The notes beneath the pieces were generated by a model. That model saw only the letters and a program-made list of their open reading frames with translations, ran no database searches and was not told the origin of the DNA. The position numbers were made by a program, and so were the translations under genes. 64,000 nucleotides of DNA from positions 1 to 64,000 of the IMG/VR virus record IMGVR_UViG_2897842695_000001; one strand, 5' to 3'. This document shows, one piece after another, positions 19,240 through 30,700 of this stretch (within the stretch, counting starts at the first letter, position 1; the number at the start of each line of letters is the position of its first letter). The DNA comes from a virus. Lineage: Duplodnaviria > Caudoviricetes.

Positions 19240-19533
19240 TCAAGTACATTTTTCACATCGGCATAGCTCCCAATGGTTCGGGAACAAAGGATCTAGTTGA
19301 GTGAACCACTCATCATGTTCTTGGCACTTAAACAGCTCCCAACTCACCAAGTCATAATCTCTCATCCACTGGCGAACATGATCGGGGATTGTCGGTCCAT
19401 TCAAGATAATCTCTTTCATGTACTCAAGATCCTCTTTGAGACTCGCGATCTTGGTATGGGCCTTATCCAGTTCGCCTTTCAAGCGCTGGCGTTCCATCAG
19501 ATAGGCCATAGCTCTTTTGGGCGTAATGTCCAT
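19240..19533 (-). CDS. Hypothetical protein with C-terminal Cys cluster
   Basis: TAATG coupling to the rep-like gene. Confidence 0.55.
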   Translation of the reverse strand: MDITPKRAMAYLMERQRLKGELDKAHTKIASLKEDLEYMKEIILNGPTIPDHVRQWMRDYDLVSWELFKCQEHDEWFTQLDPLFPNHWELCRCEKCT

Positions 19534-20678
19534 TACTCACCCCACGTATTGCTAATGCGCTCGAATACGTTGCGGCCACTGGCGATCTCTCTTGTTTGCT
19601 TACGGCCAGAGCCAAACACCTCGCTGAATGCGTCACGGAATGGCGCTGGCTCGTTGAGAATGGCTTGTTCTCGCTCGATGCGGATCGCTGCTGCCCGTTT
19701 TACCTCACTGTCCGTTAGGTTACGCACGCGAGCAATACCGGTGGCTTTGTCTATCACGATCTCACTGTAACCACGCTCAACAAAGGTAGTCTCCCAATAG
19801 CGCAACTCATTGTTGGCCGCTTCGATTGCTTCTTGGTCCGTCATATCACCGACCTTGTAAGTAGCGATCGTCACATCACGTAACCACTTATTGCGGTGAT
19901 GCTCTTTAGCAATGATGTGGTTTAGGAACTTGGTAAAGCTTGGTGCTAGTGGGTAGCCGTGTTGGTTATGCAGTTCGATAAGTCTTTTAGCGCCTGATGC
20001 TGTAATAGGCTTGTCTGAATGCTTGCTGTTGCGAGCTGCTTCTTGCAGAGACTTAACCTCGTCTGCGTCAGCTCCAAATGACTTAATCAAAAAATCATCA
20101 TAAGAAAGACGGCGTGAGCCATTATTTTTATTTTTTCTCTCTTTAGAGAGATCATTTGATCTTTTTACGCCGTTTTGATGATCCGCATTGCCAGCAAAAC
20201 CCTTGTCATTACAAGGCTCATCGATGTTATCCACTCCAGACCGCCCGATCGGCTTATTTTGGCGATTAAGAAACTTATTAGCTGCTTGGCGAGCGTAATT
20301 GACCACTCCAGCGAACATGCTCTTTAGGCCGTTGATGTTTAGCTCTATGTAGCGTTGGCGTTGGCCGGTCTGTTGGTTGTAGAAGTATTGGCGATTGATC
20401 ACACCAGCTTCCTCGGCGTTGCCAAGTAGTGTGCTTAGTGTTCTTTCTGCAATAGGACGGCAACCGTAGCGAGTACAGGTTTCGTTGTAGACATTGATTA
20501 GGCGTGTTGATGAGGCATAGCAGAACGCGCCATGTTTTAAAATGTGGACCGATACAGTCTCAGCAAGGCAAGCGATTTTGCGAAGTCTAAGCGGTAACGA
20601 TTGTCTGATATTTCTAGATTGTGATCTAAATCCCGATTTTAAATAGCGGGGATTCAGCAAAATAGGTGCATCTTGCAT
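19533..20678 (-). CDS. Putative replication initiator (N-terminal winged helix)
   Basis: IAERTLSTLLGNAEEAGVINR wHTH; internal A-rich tract near 20120-20145; heads the operon containing ssb and exonuclease. Confidence 0.5.
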   Translation of the reverse strand: MQDAPILLNPRYLKSGFRSQSRNIRQSLPLRLRKIACLAETVSVHILKHGAFCYASSTRLINVYNETCTRYGCRPIAERTLSTLLGNAEEAGVINRQYFYNQQTGQRQRYIELNINGLKSMFAGVVNYARQAANKFLNRQNKPIGRSGVDNIDEPCNDKGFAGNADHQNGVKRSNDLSKERKNKNNGSRRLSYDDFLIKSFGADADEVKSLQEAARNSKHSDKPITASGAKRLIELHNQHGYPLAPSFTKFLNHIIAKEHHRNKWLRDVTIATYKVGDMTDQEAIEAANNELRYWETTFVERGYSEIVIDKATGIARVRNLTDSEVKRAAAIRIEREQAILNEPAPFRDAFSEVFGSGRKQTREIASGRNVFERISNTWGE

Positions 20679-20708
20679 ATTTTTTGTCCAAAAAAAGGGC
20701 GCAAGTGT

Positions 20709-20737
20709 TTGCCACCGATCTCTTTGAACGTTATAAT
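20709..20737 (+). promoter_or_regulatory. Near-consensus sigma70 promoter, directed away from the rep-like ORF
   Basis: TTGCCA-N17-TATAAT. Confidence 0.75.
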
Positions 20738-20743
20738 TAAACC

Positions 20744-20987
20744 GTTGTCACCAAACAACCTACGGTTTTACGTATTTACGTTCGCAAAGAAGTGGTTCTT
20801 GCAAAACAAATTGTAGTGAGACTAACTAGCTGTAACTGGTTACTCTCTTGAGATTTATAAGGCTCTCAACCTTTTAATTCTCTATGACATAACGGCTTGT
20901 CCCTTGTGTCTCGCGCTTAAAGTTTCTCAGGCTTTAAGCTCATTTTCCGAGGAAAAGCTCATCGCGCCAACGATGGGCTTTTTCTTT
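20744..20987 (+). ncRNA. Candidate ~240-nt countertranscript/regulatory RNA
   Basis: Bounded by consensus promoter and terminator (20953-20987); three internal hairpins; no plus-strand ORF of 60 aa or more. Confidence 0.5.
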
Positions 20988-21219
20988 ATCTGTCTGTCGG
21001 AAAAGACACGCTGTCTGGTTCGAAAACAAAAGTGACAGATAAACATGATCCATTATTGATCGTATCTTGCTGACCAACAAGATCTTTTGATCAAGCACTT
21101 CAATCCCCTCACTTAGAAAGTGAGGCGGCAATATTACCAAATCTAGAGCTTTTTTGTAGTGGTTTTCTTATAATTCCATTCCGAACCAATTTTGATTCTG
21201 TTGATAAGTGTGTGTATAT

Positions 21220-21570
21220 ATGATTCCGAACAACTCGATTCAAGCTCAGATTGAAAACAATGTAAGCCTTATAAAACAAGAGCTTAAACGCAAACAGTAT
21301 CCAAGTAAAAACGCTCCTGTACTAAATACAGAACTGTTAATAACAATTTGCGGCTGTACCTTTAAAGTATTGCGCCAAGAAAAGCGTTCACTGGTATTAG
21401 TTGCAGATGAAAAGGTCAATTTTGAACGTGGCATTAACATTTTACGATCAATTTCGTACATTGCTGGTGCGCGTTCGAGCGTGAGCATTATGGACTATGA
21501 CTGGCGCCCAACTCGCTACAAAGGTAATAAACTGTACTTGCGTCCTGTCGCGCCTACTATCATGAAATAG
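21220..21570 (+). CDS. Hypothetical protein with operator-overlapped promoter
   Basis: ORF track; TATAAT at 21169 followed by operator motifs at 21177 and 21223. Confidence 0.55.
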   Translation: MIPNNSIQAQIENNVSLIKQELKRKQYPSKNAPVLNTELLITICGCTFKVLRQEKRSLVLVADEKVNFERGINILRSISYIAGARSSVSIMDYDWRPTRYKGNKLYLRPVAPTIMK

Positions 21571-21644
21571 GCCGAACACAAGATCATAAAGAACGGGCGC
21601 GATTATGCGCCCGTCTCTATTTTCTCGCTTAACTAATTAAGGAT

Positions 21645-22613
21645 CTATTTTGGGAATTTTAGTGACGGAGATCCGAAATTTACGGCGTGTTGCATTAGGC
21701 CGCGATCTGGTCTAGCGGCTTGCTTGCTAATCTTGGCCGCTTCAAACATCGCGGTAGGTAGCGTTTGGCCTTGCTTGTTACCAATGGATTCAAAGAATGC
21801 CTTAACTGTTTGAAGCGCTTCGGGCGTGTTGAGATTAGTGAACGCGTGGCGTTGTGCGTCAGTCATATACACTGGTAAAGCTTCTACGGCCTCAAGCAAC
21901 ATATCAGTAGATTGCGTTTGGCTATCTACTTGTTGGCGTAGCTCGTCGTTGATGCTTTCTAGGTACATGATCTGGTTTTCTAGGTCCACCGTGTTATCGA
22001 CATACATAGCGTGATTCATTGAATCAAGAATGCTCTGTGCTTCGTTCGCATCAAAACCGTTACCTTGTAGCGACTCTAGGAACATGGCATCACTACCCGC
22101 GTTTTCCATCATCATGGCCGGATGGTCCAGTGATAGGAAGTTCGGATGCTTCACGTAGTCCATACCATGATAGCTGTTGGTGATACTCGCGTTTGGCGTG
22201 TCTCGGCCACCAGTCGCCCAGCTCCAGCCACCAGCACCCGATTCCCACAATGAAAGCGCGATACGGCCCGTCTCAGTATCAAAAAATTCTTCCTCATGCT
22301 CGACAATGCCATCGTCGCTACATGAGATAGAAATAGTGCGGTTTGATGGCACGTTCTCGACAACAACCGGTCGGCCATTAATCATGATCACTTCGGTTTC
22401 ACCAAGCTCAAGCTTTTTAGCTCGTTGGCGTGGCTGGTGGCCGTAATAGCCGTATGCCTCACCTACTCGTAGTAGCTCTTGAGTTTGGGCGCTCTGGATC
22501 ATCTTTTGCACCGCTTGGACAATGTATTTACGTTTGTTAGCGCCAATCTTACGACCGTCATTAAACAGGCTAAAACGGTCTTTTACGCGCTTCAAAGTTT
22601 TCAATTTACGCAT
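21645..22613 (-). CDS. pro: Head-processing protease (P1 Pro type)
   Basis: GEAYGYYGH, GGWSWA and GMDYV motifs; follows the portal gene as in P1. Confidence 0.8.
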   Translation of the reverse strand: MRKLKTLKRVKDRFSLFNDGRKIGANKRKYIVQAVQKMIQSAQTQELLRVGEAYGYYGHQPRQRAKKLELGETEVIMINGRPVVVENVPSNRTISISCSDDGIVEHEEEFFDTETGRIALSLWESGAGGWSWATGGRDTPNASITNSYHGMDYVKHPNFLSLDHPAMMMENAGSDAMFLESLQGNGFDANEAQSILDSMNHAMYVDNTVDLENQIMYLESINDELRQQVDSQTQSTDMLLEAVEALPVYMTDAQRHAFTNLNTPEALQTVKAFFESIGNKQGQTLPTAMFEAAKISKQAARPDRGLMQHAVNFGSPSLKFPK

Positions 22614-22615
22614 TA

Positions 22616-24295
22616 TTACTCCCCTTGAAAGTCTTGGAGCTGGCCCATTAGGTCCAGCATGGTGTCACGCACAAAAGCTTCTGCTTCGTGTCGGTCGGTC
22701 ATACCGAGTGATTCCATCATTTGATCGTTGCTCGCTGCCTTGGCGGCTAGCTCAGAAATGATTGTTTTGGCTAGTTCTGGCTCAATATCCAGAATGGATG
22801 TGTATATGTAGTTCTTGAGCTTGCCGCTCTTACCGATAGGTGATTGCTCGATGAGGTCGAGGACGGTAGCGATCATGGTCGCGTAGTTGGCCTGTTCGGT
22901 CTTGGCTGCGGATTCTTCTTGCTCAATGGCCGTGTTAAGTGAGTTGAATCGGATCTCAAAAGGTTCTTCACCCTCCGGCCAATACTTGTTGTCACGGTAT
23001 ATGGTGTGAATATCGATAGCTCTGCGGAAGTAACCGGCTACAGCTGCGCGTAATTGGTTAGCTCTTAGAGCTGATTGAATGGAAGTACGGAAAAAGCCAC
23101 CCTCACCCAAGCCACCAGCGAGCAAGTCGCCAAAGCCAAGCATTGCGGGATCTACGCCTAACGTGCCAGCCATACGCTTGAGGTGGAACATAATATCTTC
23201 GATATGAGAGATATTCGGATCAGTGGTAAACGTGTCGATTTGCACGCCACCTTTTGCGCCACCCATTAGCGGTAACAGCGTATTGATAACTGTTGGAATG
23301 AAGCCTTGCTTACGACTGTTTTCAACAATGGTTTGGCGGTCCGATTGCATTTGGTCAGCCACCATATTGATATACTCAGCTGCACCGGCTGAATCTAGGC
23401 CGTCAGTGTTTACCGCCACCATGCGATCGATAAGAGAGGCATTAACACGGCTAGCACCAAGCGCTGCAATTGATTGGCGTAACATGGTCCATGATTCAAA
23501 GCTGGTATGCAGAATCGATGTGCCGTAGTTTTGCGTCTCGATAGGCTGGCGTGAATAAGCATCGTCATACAATGAGTAGCGCTGGCCGCCGTAGTTGATA
23601 GGCTCAACGTCCATATTTGGCCGCCAGATTGGCATTTTCATTGGGATCAAAACCCAAGGCTCGGCCAAACGGACTTGCTCGCCGTTGTTACGTACTTTCA
23701 AGTTTTCAGACGTGAAGCCGCACAACACACCGGAACGCTCATACTCGCGAATTTGGTTTGGTAGCGTGTAGTAATTGAACTCAAAGTGCGTGATGCCTTT
23801 TCCGTACTCCACGTATGGCCGAACATAGCTCACACCAAAAACGGCGGTGATATAGGCCCAGTTCATCAACTGTTCGTTAATAGGACCGGCAAGCTCTTTG
23901 TTTAGCTGTGCAACGTACTCGGCGTGTTCTTCCGATTTCGGATGCAGATATACGGCGTACCCGTCTTTATCAGATACAGACAAGGCATGACCTAGATGTA
24001 AATTGATCGCTGCGTCGATGGTCGAATCGTCAGCCATTTCTTTGTAGATTTCGTAAAGCATGAACCGGTCAAGCGGTAGCTTTTTGAGATAGAAACGGTC
24101 ACGGTTCTTGCGGCCATCTTTTGTAAGTGCGCCGCCTTTATCGTCCACCAGCTGATCGCGGTTGTGGAACGGCGAACCAGTGTAGCCAGCACCAGACTCG
24201 AACGCGTAGGCCGCGTCTTTGTCGTCTTTCTCATTGAAAAATGGAAAGGCTGCTTTAAGCGCTGCGGCTAACCCTACGGTTTCCTTTTGCGACAT
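22616..24295 (-). CDS. prt: Portal protein (P1 Prt type)
   Basis: GLGEGGFFRTS and ETQNYGTS motifs; divergent from darB as in P1; ATG at 24295 with GAGG SD. Confidence 0.82.
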   Translation of the reverse strand: MSQKETVGLAAALKAAFPFFNEKDDKDAAYAFESGAGYTGSPFHNRDQLVDDKGGALTKDGRKNRDRFYLKKLPLDRFMLYEIYKEMADDSTIDAAINLHLGHALSVSDKDGYAVYLHPKSEEHAEYVAQLNKELAGPINEQLMNWAYITAVFGVSYVRPYVEYGKGITHFEFNYYTLPNQIREYERSGVLCGFTSENLKVRNNGEQVRLAEPWVLIPMKMPIWRPNMDVEPINYGGQRYSLYDDAYSRQPIETQNYGTSILHTSFESWTMLRQSIAALGASRVNASLIDRMVAVNTDGLDSAGAAEYINMVADQMQSDRQTIVENSRKQGFIPTVINTLLPLMGGAKGGVQIDTFTTDPNISHIEDIMFHLKRMAGTLGVDPAMLGFGDLLAGGLGEGGFFRTSIQSALRANQLRAAVAGYFRRAIDIHTIYRDNKYWPEGEEPFEIRFNSLNTAIEQEESAAKTEQANYATMIATVLDLIEQSPIGKSGKLKNYIYTSILDIEPELAKTIISELAAKAASNDQMMESLGMTDRHEAEAFVRDTMLDLMGQLQDFQGE

Positions 24296-24703
24296 TAGTA
24301 AACCTCGAATGGTCGAGGCGCTTAGTAATGGACGGGGGGATAATTGATAATAAACTATTGGCGCTATAGTCACCAACATGCGAAAAAAGCCTTTTATGGC
24401 AAGGCTTAAAAATAATAATTAGACCAAACAGGGACGACGCGTAGATAAAGCGTTACATACTGAAAACGGTAATTTTTAGCATGGATTAAAGTATGCTGGT
24501 TCGGAACAATAGACACGTCCAAACGAATATACATTTTTTTATAAGTGGCGTTTTTTTGGACGGGGAAATAGGAAGAAAAAGCCGAGTTAATAGCTCGGCT
24601 TTTTTTTCGTCTGGACAAAAGTTTTAGCATGCTATTGGGCCGTCTTACTGTAACATTGGGGAGCTTTCCCCGTGCAAATTAGCGCCTCCAACTCGGAGGC
24701 ACA

Positions 24704-27700
24704 ATGGATAAAGATATTATCCTCGCAATCCAGCAAACCGAGACAATTGACGAGCTAGTTCGTCAGTTTGAGGAATTGCTGTCTATCGACATTAGCGATA
24801 CGCCAAAGGGCAAACAACGCTTAAAGGCAAACCAACTCGCTAAGGACATTCTAGCCAAGTACAACGGCGACTATTCAAACGTTTCACCAGAAGATAAAGC
24901 AGCATTACGCGACTATACCGGCTTTGGTGGTATCGGTGGTTCAACAAACGAATACTACACACCTAAATGGATCGCGGAGGCGGCTTGGGATGCTTTACGT
25001 TCCTACGGCTTTACTGGTGGTTCTGTTCTTGAGCCTAGCGCTGGCGTTGGCGTATTCAGTGAAACAAAACCGAAAGGCACGCTTTCTACCTCTGTAGAAA
25101 TGGACCAAACCTCTGCGGCCATTAACCAAATACTCCATCCAGAAGATCACGTAATCAATTCGGCCTTTGAGGCTATCGCTAGTGATCCGAGTATTGGCGG
25201 CTTTGATGCGATTATCGGCAACCCGCCTTATGGCGTGCGTGACGCTAGCGCAATGAATGACGGCGAATACAAAGATATTCAGTATGCTGATCAATATTTC
25301 GTTACCCGCTCAATTGATAAAGCTAAGGCCGGTGGTCTTATCGCGTTGGTCCTACCTACCAGAATTTGTGATGGTAAGTCATTGGAAAAATGGCGTGTAA
25401 GTCTGGCCCTTAAAGCTGAATTTCTTGGCGCACATCGACTTCCTACTGGCACATTCGCTGATACTGGCGTAGTTACCGACCTTGTTATCTGGCGCAAGCA
25501 TAGCGAACACGGCAAAGAGCTAATTGATAGCGTAGGCCGTGACACGTTAATCAGTGCTGGCGTGCTTTGGGATACATGGCTTAAAGGCAAGTGGTTCGAG
25601 CGTGACGGCAAAAAGTTCATCAACGGTGAACAAACCACTAAAGGCGTTGGCAAGTTCGCACGCAAGGTAGTGGATCGCGGTAATCGTTCTAACAACGATA
25701 TCAAAGCGGCCCTTACTCGACGCTTTGACAGTCGTATTGACTGGTCACTGTTGGGCGAGAACGTAGAGCTACCAGAAAGCATCAAGTATGCAGACGGTGA
25801 CACTATGTACCGCAACGGCATTCAATACGAAATGATTGATGGCGAGTGGGAAGTTTCCGAAAACAACGCGAAGCAAGGTAACGTTGATAAATCGGTTTAT
25901 GGTGTAACTGACACGGCCAACATTGGTCCAGTGACCTACTCTACTGAATCAATGCTGTCACTGTCGGCCAGCCAAGCGCTCAAGATTTACGAGGACTATC
26001 AGTACCTTTGTCATGATGAGTTCAAAGCGCTTATGCGTGAAGTGTCCAAGCTGCCAACCGGTCAGCAAGAGCACGCTTACAAAGGTATTTTGCTAGGTAA
26101 GAAAGTAAAAACGCTTTCTACTATGGTTGCTGGTAGCCGTAGTCGCTCAGTTAAAGAGCTGGCATTCTCCAAGGCCGGTCATGAAGATCTGCAAGTGGAA
26201 GAATACCGCACCAAGCTTGGCGGCCAAATCTTAGAGCTTAACGCTTTACTTGGTGGCTCGCATGTATCGGGCAAGGCGTTAAACGTACTCGATGAATCTC
26301 TAATCTCTGACTGGCGTTCCTACCAATCAGCTGTCACTAAAAACGGTAAGCTTTCGGACCTACTTAAAGGCGAATTACGCGTTGAGTTCACCAATCAATA
26401 CAACTCATCCAAGATTGGTGATGTGTTCCACTTCTGCGAGCGCGAACTAGGCCATTCGACGCTAACGCTCGACCAAATCCGTGTTTATTACACGGCCCAC
26501 ATCACTGACTCAATGACTGATGATCAGCTGCTTGATTACTTAGCGGGTATGGATGAGGTAGCCGTTAATCCAGATGGTACGGTCCAAGCTATGCACCGTG
26601 CTTGTACTGGTCACGTAGGCCGCCGTGTTGCTCTGTTGACTGAACAGCTAGTGAATGCCACCAGCGAACCAATCAAAGCTAACGTGATGCGCCAGCTTGC
26701 CACGATTGACGAGAAACGAAACAAGATCGCTATCTCTGACGTGCGCATGAAGTTGACGGATAAATGGATTCCGAAACACATCATGCTTGAGTTCTTGCAT
26801 GACCAAGGCTACACGGAATTTGTACGCGGCACTTACAAGAAAACCAAGATCCCTAAGCTAAACGCGACTACCGGCGAGGTTGAGCTTACGGCCAAGGGCG
26901 ATATTCGCTACGTCACACAAGTTGAGTTCACCGAAGATCCGAACGGTAAAGACTTCTCAGGCTACCGCTACCGCGATGGTCGCGAAATGAAGTCTCCAGA
27001 TGAGGCATTCGAGCGACAAATTGAGTCATACGTGAATGACGGCCAAGTGCGCGGTGGTAACAGCAATGCTGATAAGTCACTAATGCGTAGCCGTATCAGC
27101 CAATTGGATGATGAGTTTAGTAACTGGCTTGCAGCTAGCGATTATTCAGATGAATTGGAGCTGCGTTACAACGATACGTTTAACAGCTGGATTAAACCGG
27201 AATTTGACGACTCACCACTTGGCTTAAATGGCGTATCAGGCGCTATTGAGTTTCTTCCTTACCAAAACTCAACGATTCGTCGTCATAGTGCTGATGGCAA
27301 CGGGATCATTGCATTCGGTACAGGCTTAGGTAAGACGTTAACCGGCTTGGGCCTAATCCAACACAACCTAGACACCAAACGCGCAAGTCGTGTTGCTGTT
27401 GTTGTTCCTAAGTCTGTACTTGAGAACTGGTTCTATGAATCGGATCTGTTCTTTGGCGAGGGCAATCTAGGCGACAAGGTGTTTATTGGTCTGGAGGTTG
27501 CCAAGGACGACAAGGGCCGCATTATCCGCGAACCGGAAATCGATGAGGACGGCGAGCCTAAGCTAGATAAGAAAAATGAGCCAATTCTCCGCGCCAAGCT
27601 AAAAGTTGACACCAACGGTAAGCGTATCGCTCAACAACTGCATGACCTTACTCAGTCAAAAGCTCGCATCGTCGTAATGACAAAGGATGTGTACAACCGC

Positions 27701-30700
27701 ATTCCAATGAAACCAGAAACCATTGCCGACAACGTTCTTGAAATGAAAGAGGCGGGATTGGTGGCCGGTTCGCACAAACTGGTTAAAGAGGCTGAATCGC
27801 ATCGAGACAAAGAGAAAAACGCTCGATTCGAGAACAAGTACAGCGATGATGGCACAGCGAAAAACAATGAGCTTCCTTACTTCGAGGATTTGCTTTTCGA
27901 TTCGGTAATGGTCGATGAGGCTCATGACTTCCGCAACTCATACAAAGGCGGTTCATACCGTAACAACCTTGCATTCTTGCCAAGCCAAGCACAAGCCGAC
28001 CGTGCGATCGATATGCAAGTTAAGAATAACGTCATTAAGGCCCGTAACGGTGGTAACGGCGTTTATTTCTTAACGGCCACGCCAACGGTTAACAGCCCTG
28101 TTGATATGTTCAACATGCTGTCTCACATCGTCCCAGCTGACACGTTCGCGCAAATGGGTATCTTCGACTCCGACGACTTTATCCGTATGTTTGGTAAAAC
28201 TGGCGAAGCGTTGGTAACTAAGCTGTCTGGCGAAGTGGAAAACCGCGAGGCGCTACTAGGCTTCCAAAACCTAGATGCTCTGCGAAACATCGTTAACCGC
28301 TACATGACGATGGAGGATGCTAAGTCTGTTGGTGCAGATGTACATATCCCTGACCTAGTGGCCGCTCAAACCGTAGTTCAAATGAACAGCGAGCAAGAGG
28401 CGCTATACGAGGAATTACGCCAGCGTGCAGATGCTATCTCGAACCCTGACAAGGAAGAAAACCAAGAGATCATCGAGCAATTCCCTGACGATACCGTGTT
28501 CGGCCTTATTCGTAAGATGGACAAGATTAGTACGGACCTTGATTTGTACTATGACCAAGTGACCTATCGCTTTGCTAAAGGCAAGGTGAAAGAGGTTCAA
28601 GCCGCGCTCGATACCTTACCAGCGACCGTGACTATTCAAGTTGAGCAAGTGTCAGATGATGGCACGGTGAAAATGGTCAACCAAAAGGTAAAACTTGAAA
28701 AAGAGATCGTTATTGAGGGCAATCACGCGGTAGTACGCCTACGCCAAGAGTTCGATGATGAGTTCAGCGCAGCGTGTGAAAAAGCCAAACTGAAATACTC
28801 TCACCCTGTCTCGCCTAAGTACGCCAAGTTCTTGGAAAAGGCCAAAGAGATCTATTTGGCTGGTGGTAAGCAACTGGTGTTTACCGAAGAAAAGAGCCAG
28901 CACAAAAAGTTAGCTCGTATCATTGCGGATCACACTGGTTGTAAGCTGTCAGAGATCGGTATCTTGAACAGTGACACCGTAGCCGGAAAGAAAAACGCGT
29001 CTGTCAGTGAGGACAAAGAAGAAGCTGGACTTGAAGCGTTGGCAAAAGCCTACAATACCGGCAAGTACAAGTTCATGATCCTCAATAAGAAAGGTGAAGT
29101 CGGTATTAACCTACATCGAGGTACTACGGACATTCATCACCTAACCTTACCGTGGACTCCGATGAGCATTACGCAGAGAAATGGCCGTGGTGCGCGTGTA
29201 GGTTCGAAGCAGAAGAAAGTAAACGTGCACTACTACACGTCGAAAGGCTCTTTTGACGACTTCCGACTAGCGACGATCCAGCGTAAAGCGTCATGGGTAG
29301 AAACCATGTTTAAAGGTAATGATAAGTTCCTAGCTAACGCTGACGCGGATTCCGCAGATGAAACAGCAATCATGCTAGCGGCCAATCCAGAACAGGCCAA
29401 AGCTCGCATCGAGGCGGCCAAGCGTGAAGCTGAACGCAAGCGCAAGCAAGAGGAACTACGCCAAGCGTCTATCAGTGTAAGCAAGTACGTTAACGCCACC
29501 AGCACACTAAGCTTTGATGTGGAGGAAGCACAATCAGAACTAGAACAGCTGAACAATGGCATTGATGAACTTCGCCAAGAGGTCGAGGACGCACGCGAGA
29601 AGTCAGAAGATAAGGATCGCAGCTCTTATGAGTATCGCGAGTTCGTGCGCATCAAAAACCGCTTGTTTGAACGTGAAAGCAAGATCCGAGCTATCGAACG
29701 CGTTTTAGCTAACCGCAAGAAAGCGAGTGATACGCTCAAGAAATTGCGCCCAACGATTGAAAAGGCTATCTCTGGCGGCATTCTAAAAGATTACCCTGAC
29801 TTCCTATCGAACCCTGAATTGTTCATGGTTAAGAATGGCATCATTGTTCGCCAAGGTTACACATACAAGGTGGCTATCAAGTCGCGTTCGTGGGCCGAGG
29901 AATACGACATCAAAGCCGTTATGACCATTACTCGCCTAAACCGCCAAGACGCGACTGTTGACGGTTATTTACGTGAGCGTGATGGCGAGAGTTACAACGG
30001 TGGTTACAGCGACTTACCAGTATCTAAAATCATTGAGCTTGCGCCGGTTAACCAAGAGCGCACAGAAATTGAAACGCTGGCACTTCGAGGCGTACCGCTT
30101 AACCAAGTAGCAAGCACGTTTGACCGTGAAACTTACTTTGAGCTGGTGGCCGACAAGAAGATCCGTGCTTACGGTACTGAAAGCGCTCGATTGGTCCTAA
30201 CCGCTGACGGCCAATACAAAACGCCTTATGGTTTTGACCTCAAACCTGATGAGCAACTGATCTACCCTGACCCAACGGATAAAGCAGTATTCAACGGCCT
30301 AATGGCTCAAGTGGTTAACGACTTCGAGCAATACGGCAAAGCAACGATGAATACCAATATCCTGTCGTTCTTCCTTGGCCGTAACTGGCAAGAACAAGCA
30401 AAAGAGCAAGGCAACAAAGCGACCGAGCAAGACGTAGCCGAGCGTATCGCTCTGGAAATCAAAGAGTTTGAATCCAAGAACCCAGCTGGCTATACGGATG
30501 CACTGTTGCGCCTAAGCTCTCATTGGCAAAACTCGATCCCATTCTGTCAAGAAGTGGAAACGCACATCAAAGAGTTGAGCTGGCGAGGTTACGTTAACCG
30601 CATCATCATCGACACTTGGACGCGTACTCAACTATCGCGTTATTTCTCGGCCCTTAAAGAGAAATCCGAGGACTACAACGCGGAACAAGAGGATCTTGTT

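Noticed and set aside
20940-21140. 66-aa minus-strand ORF
   Set aside because: TTG start without an RBS, in a regulatory region; probably spurious.
24406-24630. 74-aa ORF between prt and darB
   Set aside because: AT-rich divergent promoter region containing a hairpin, with no RBS; probably non-coding.
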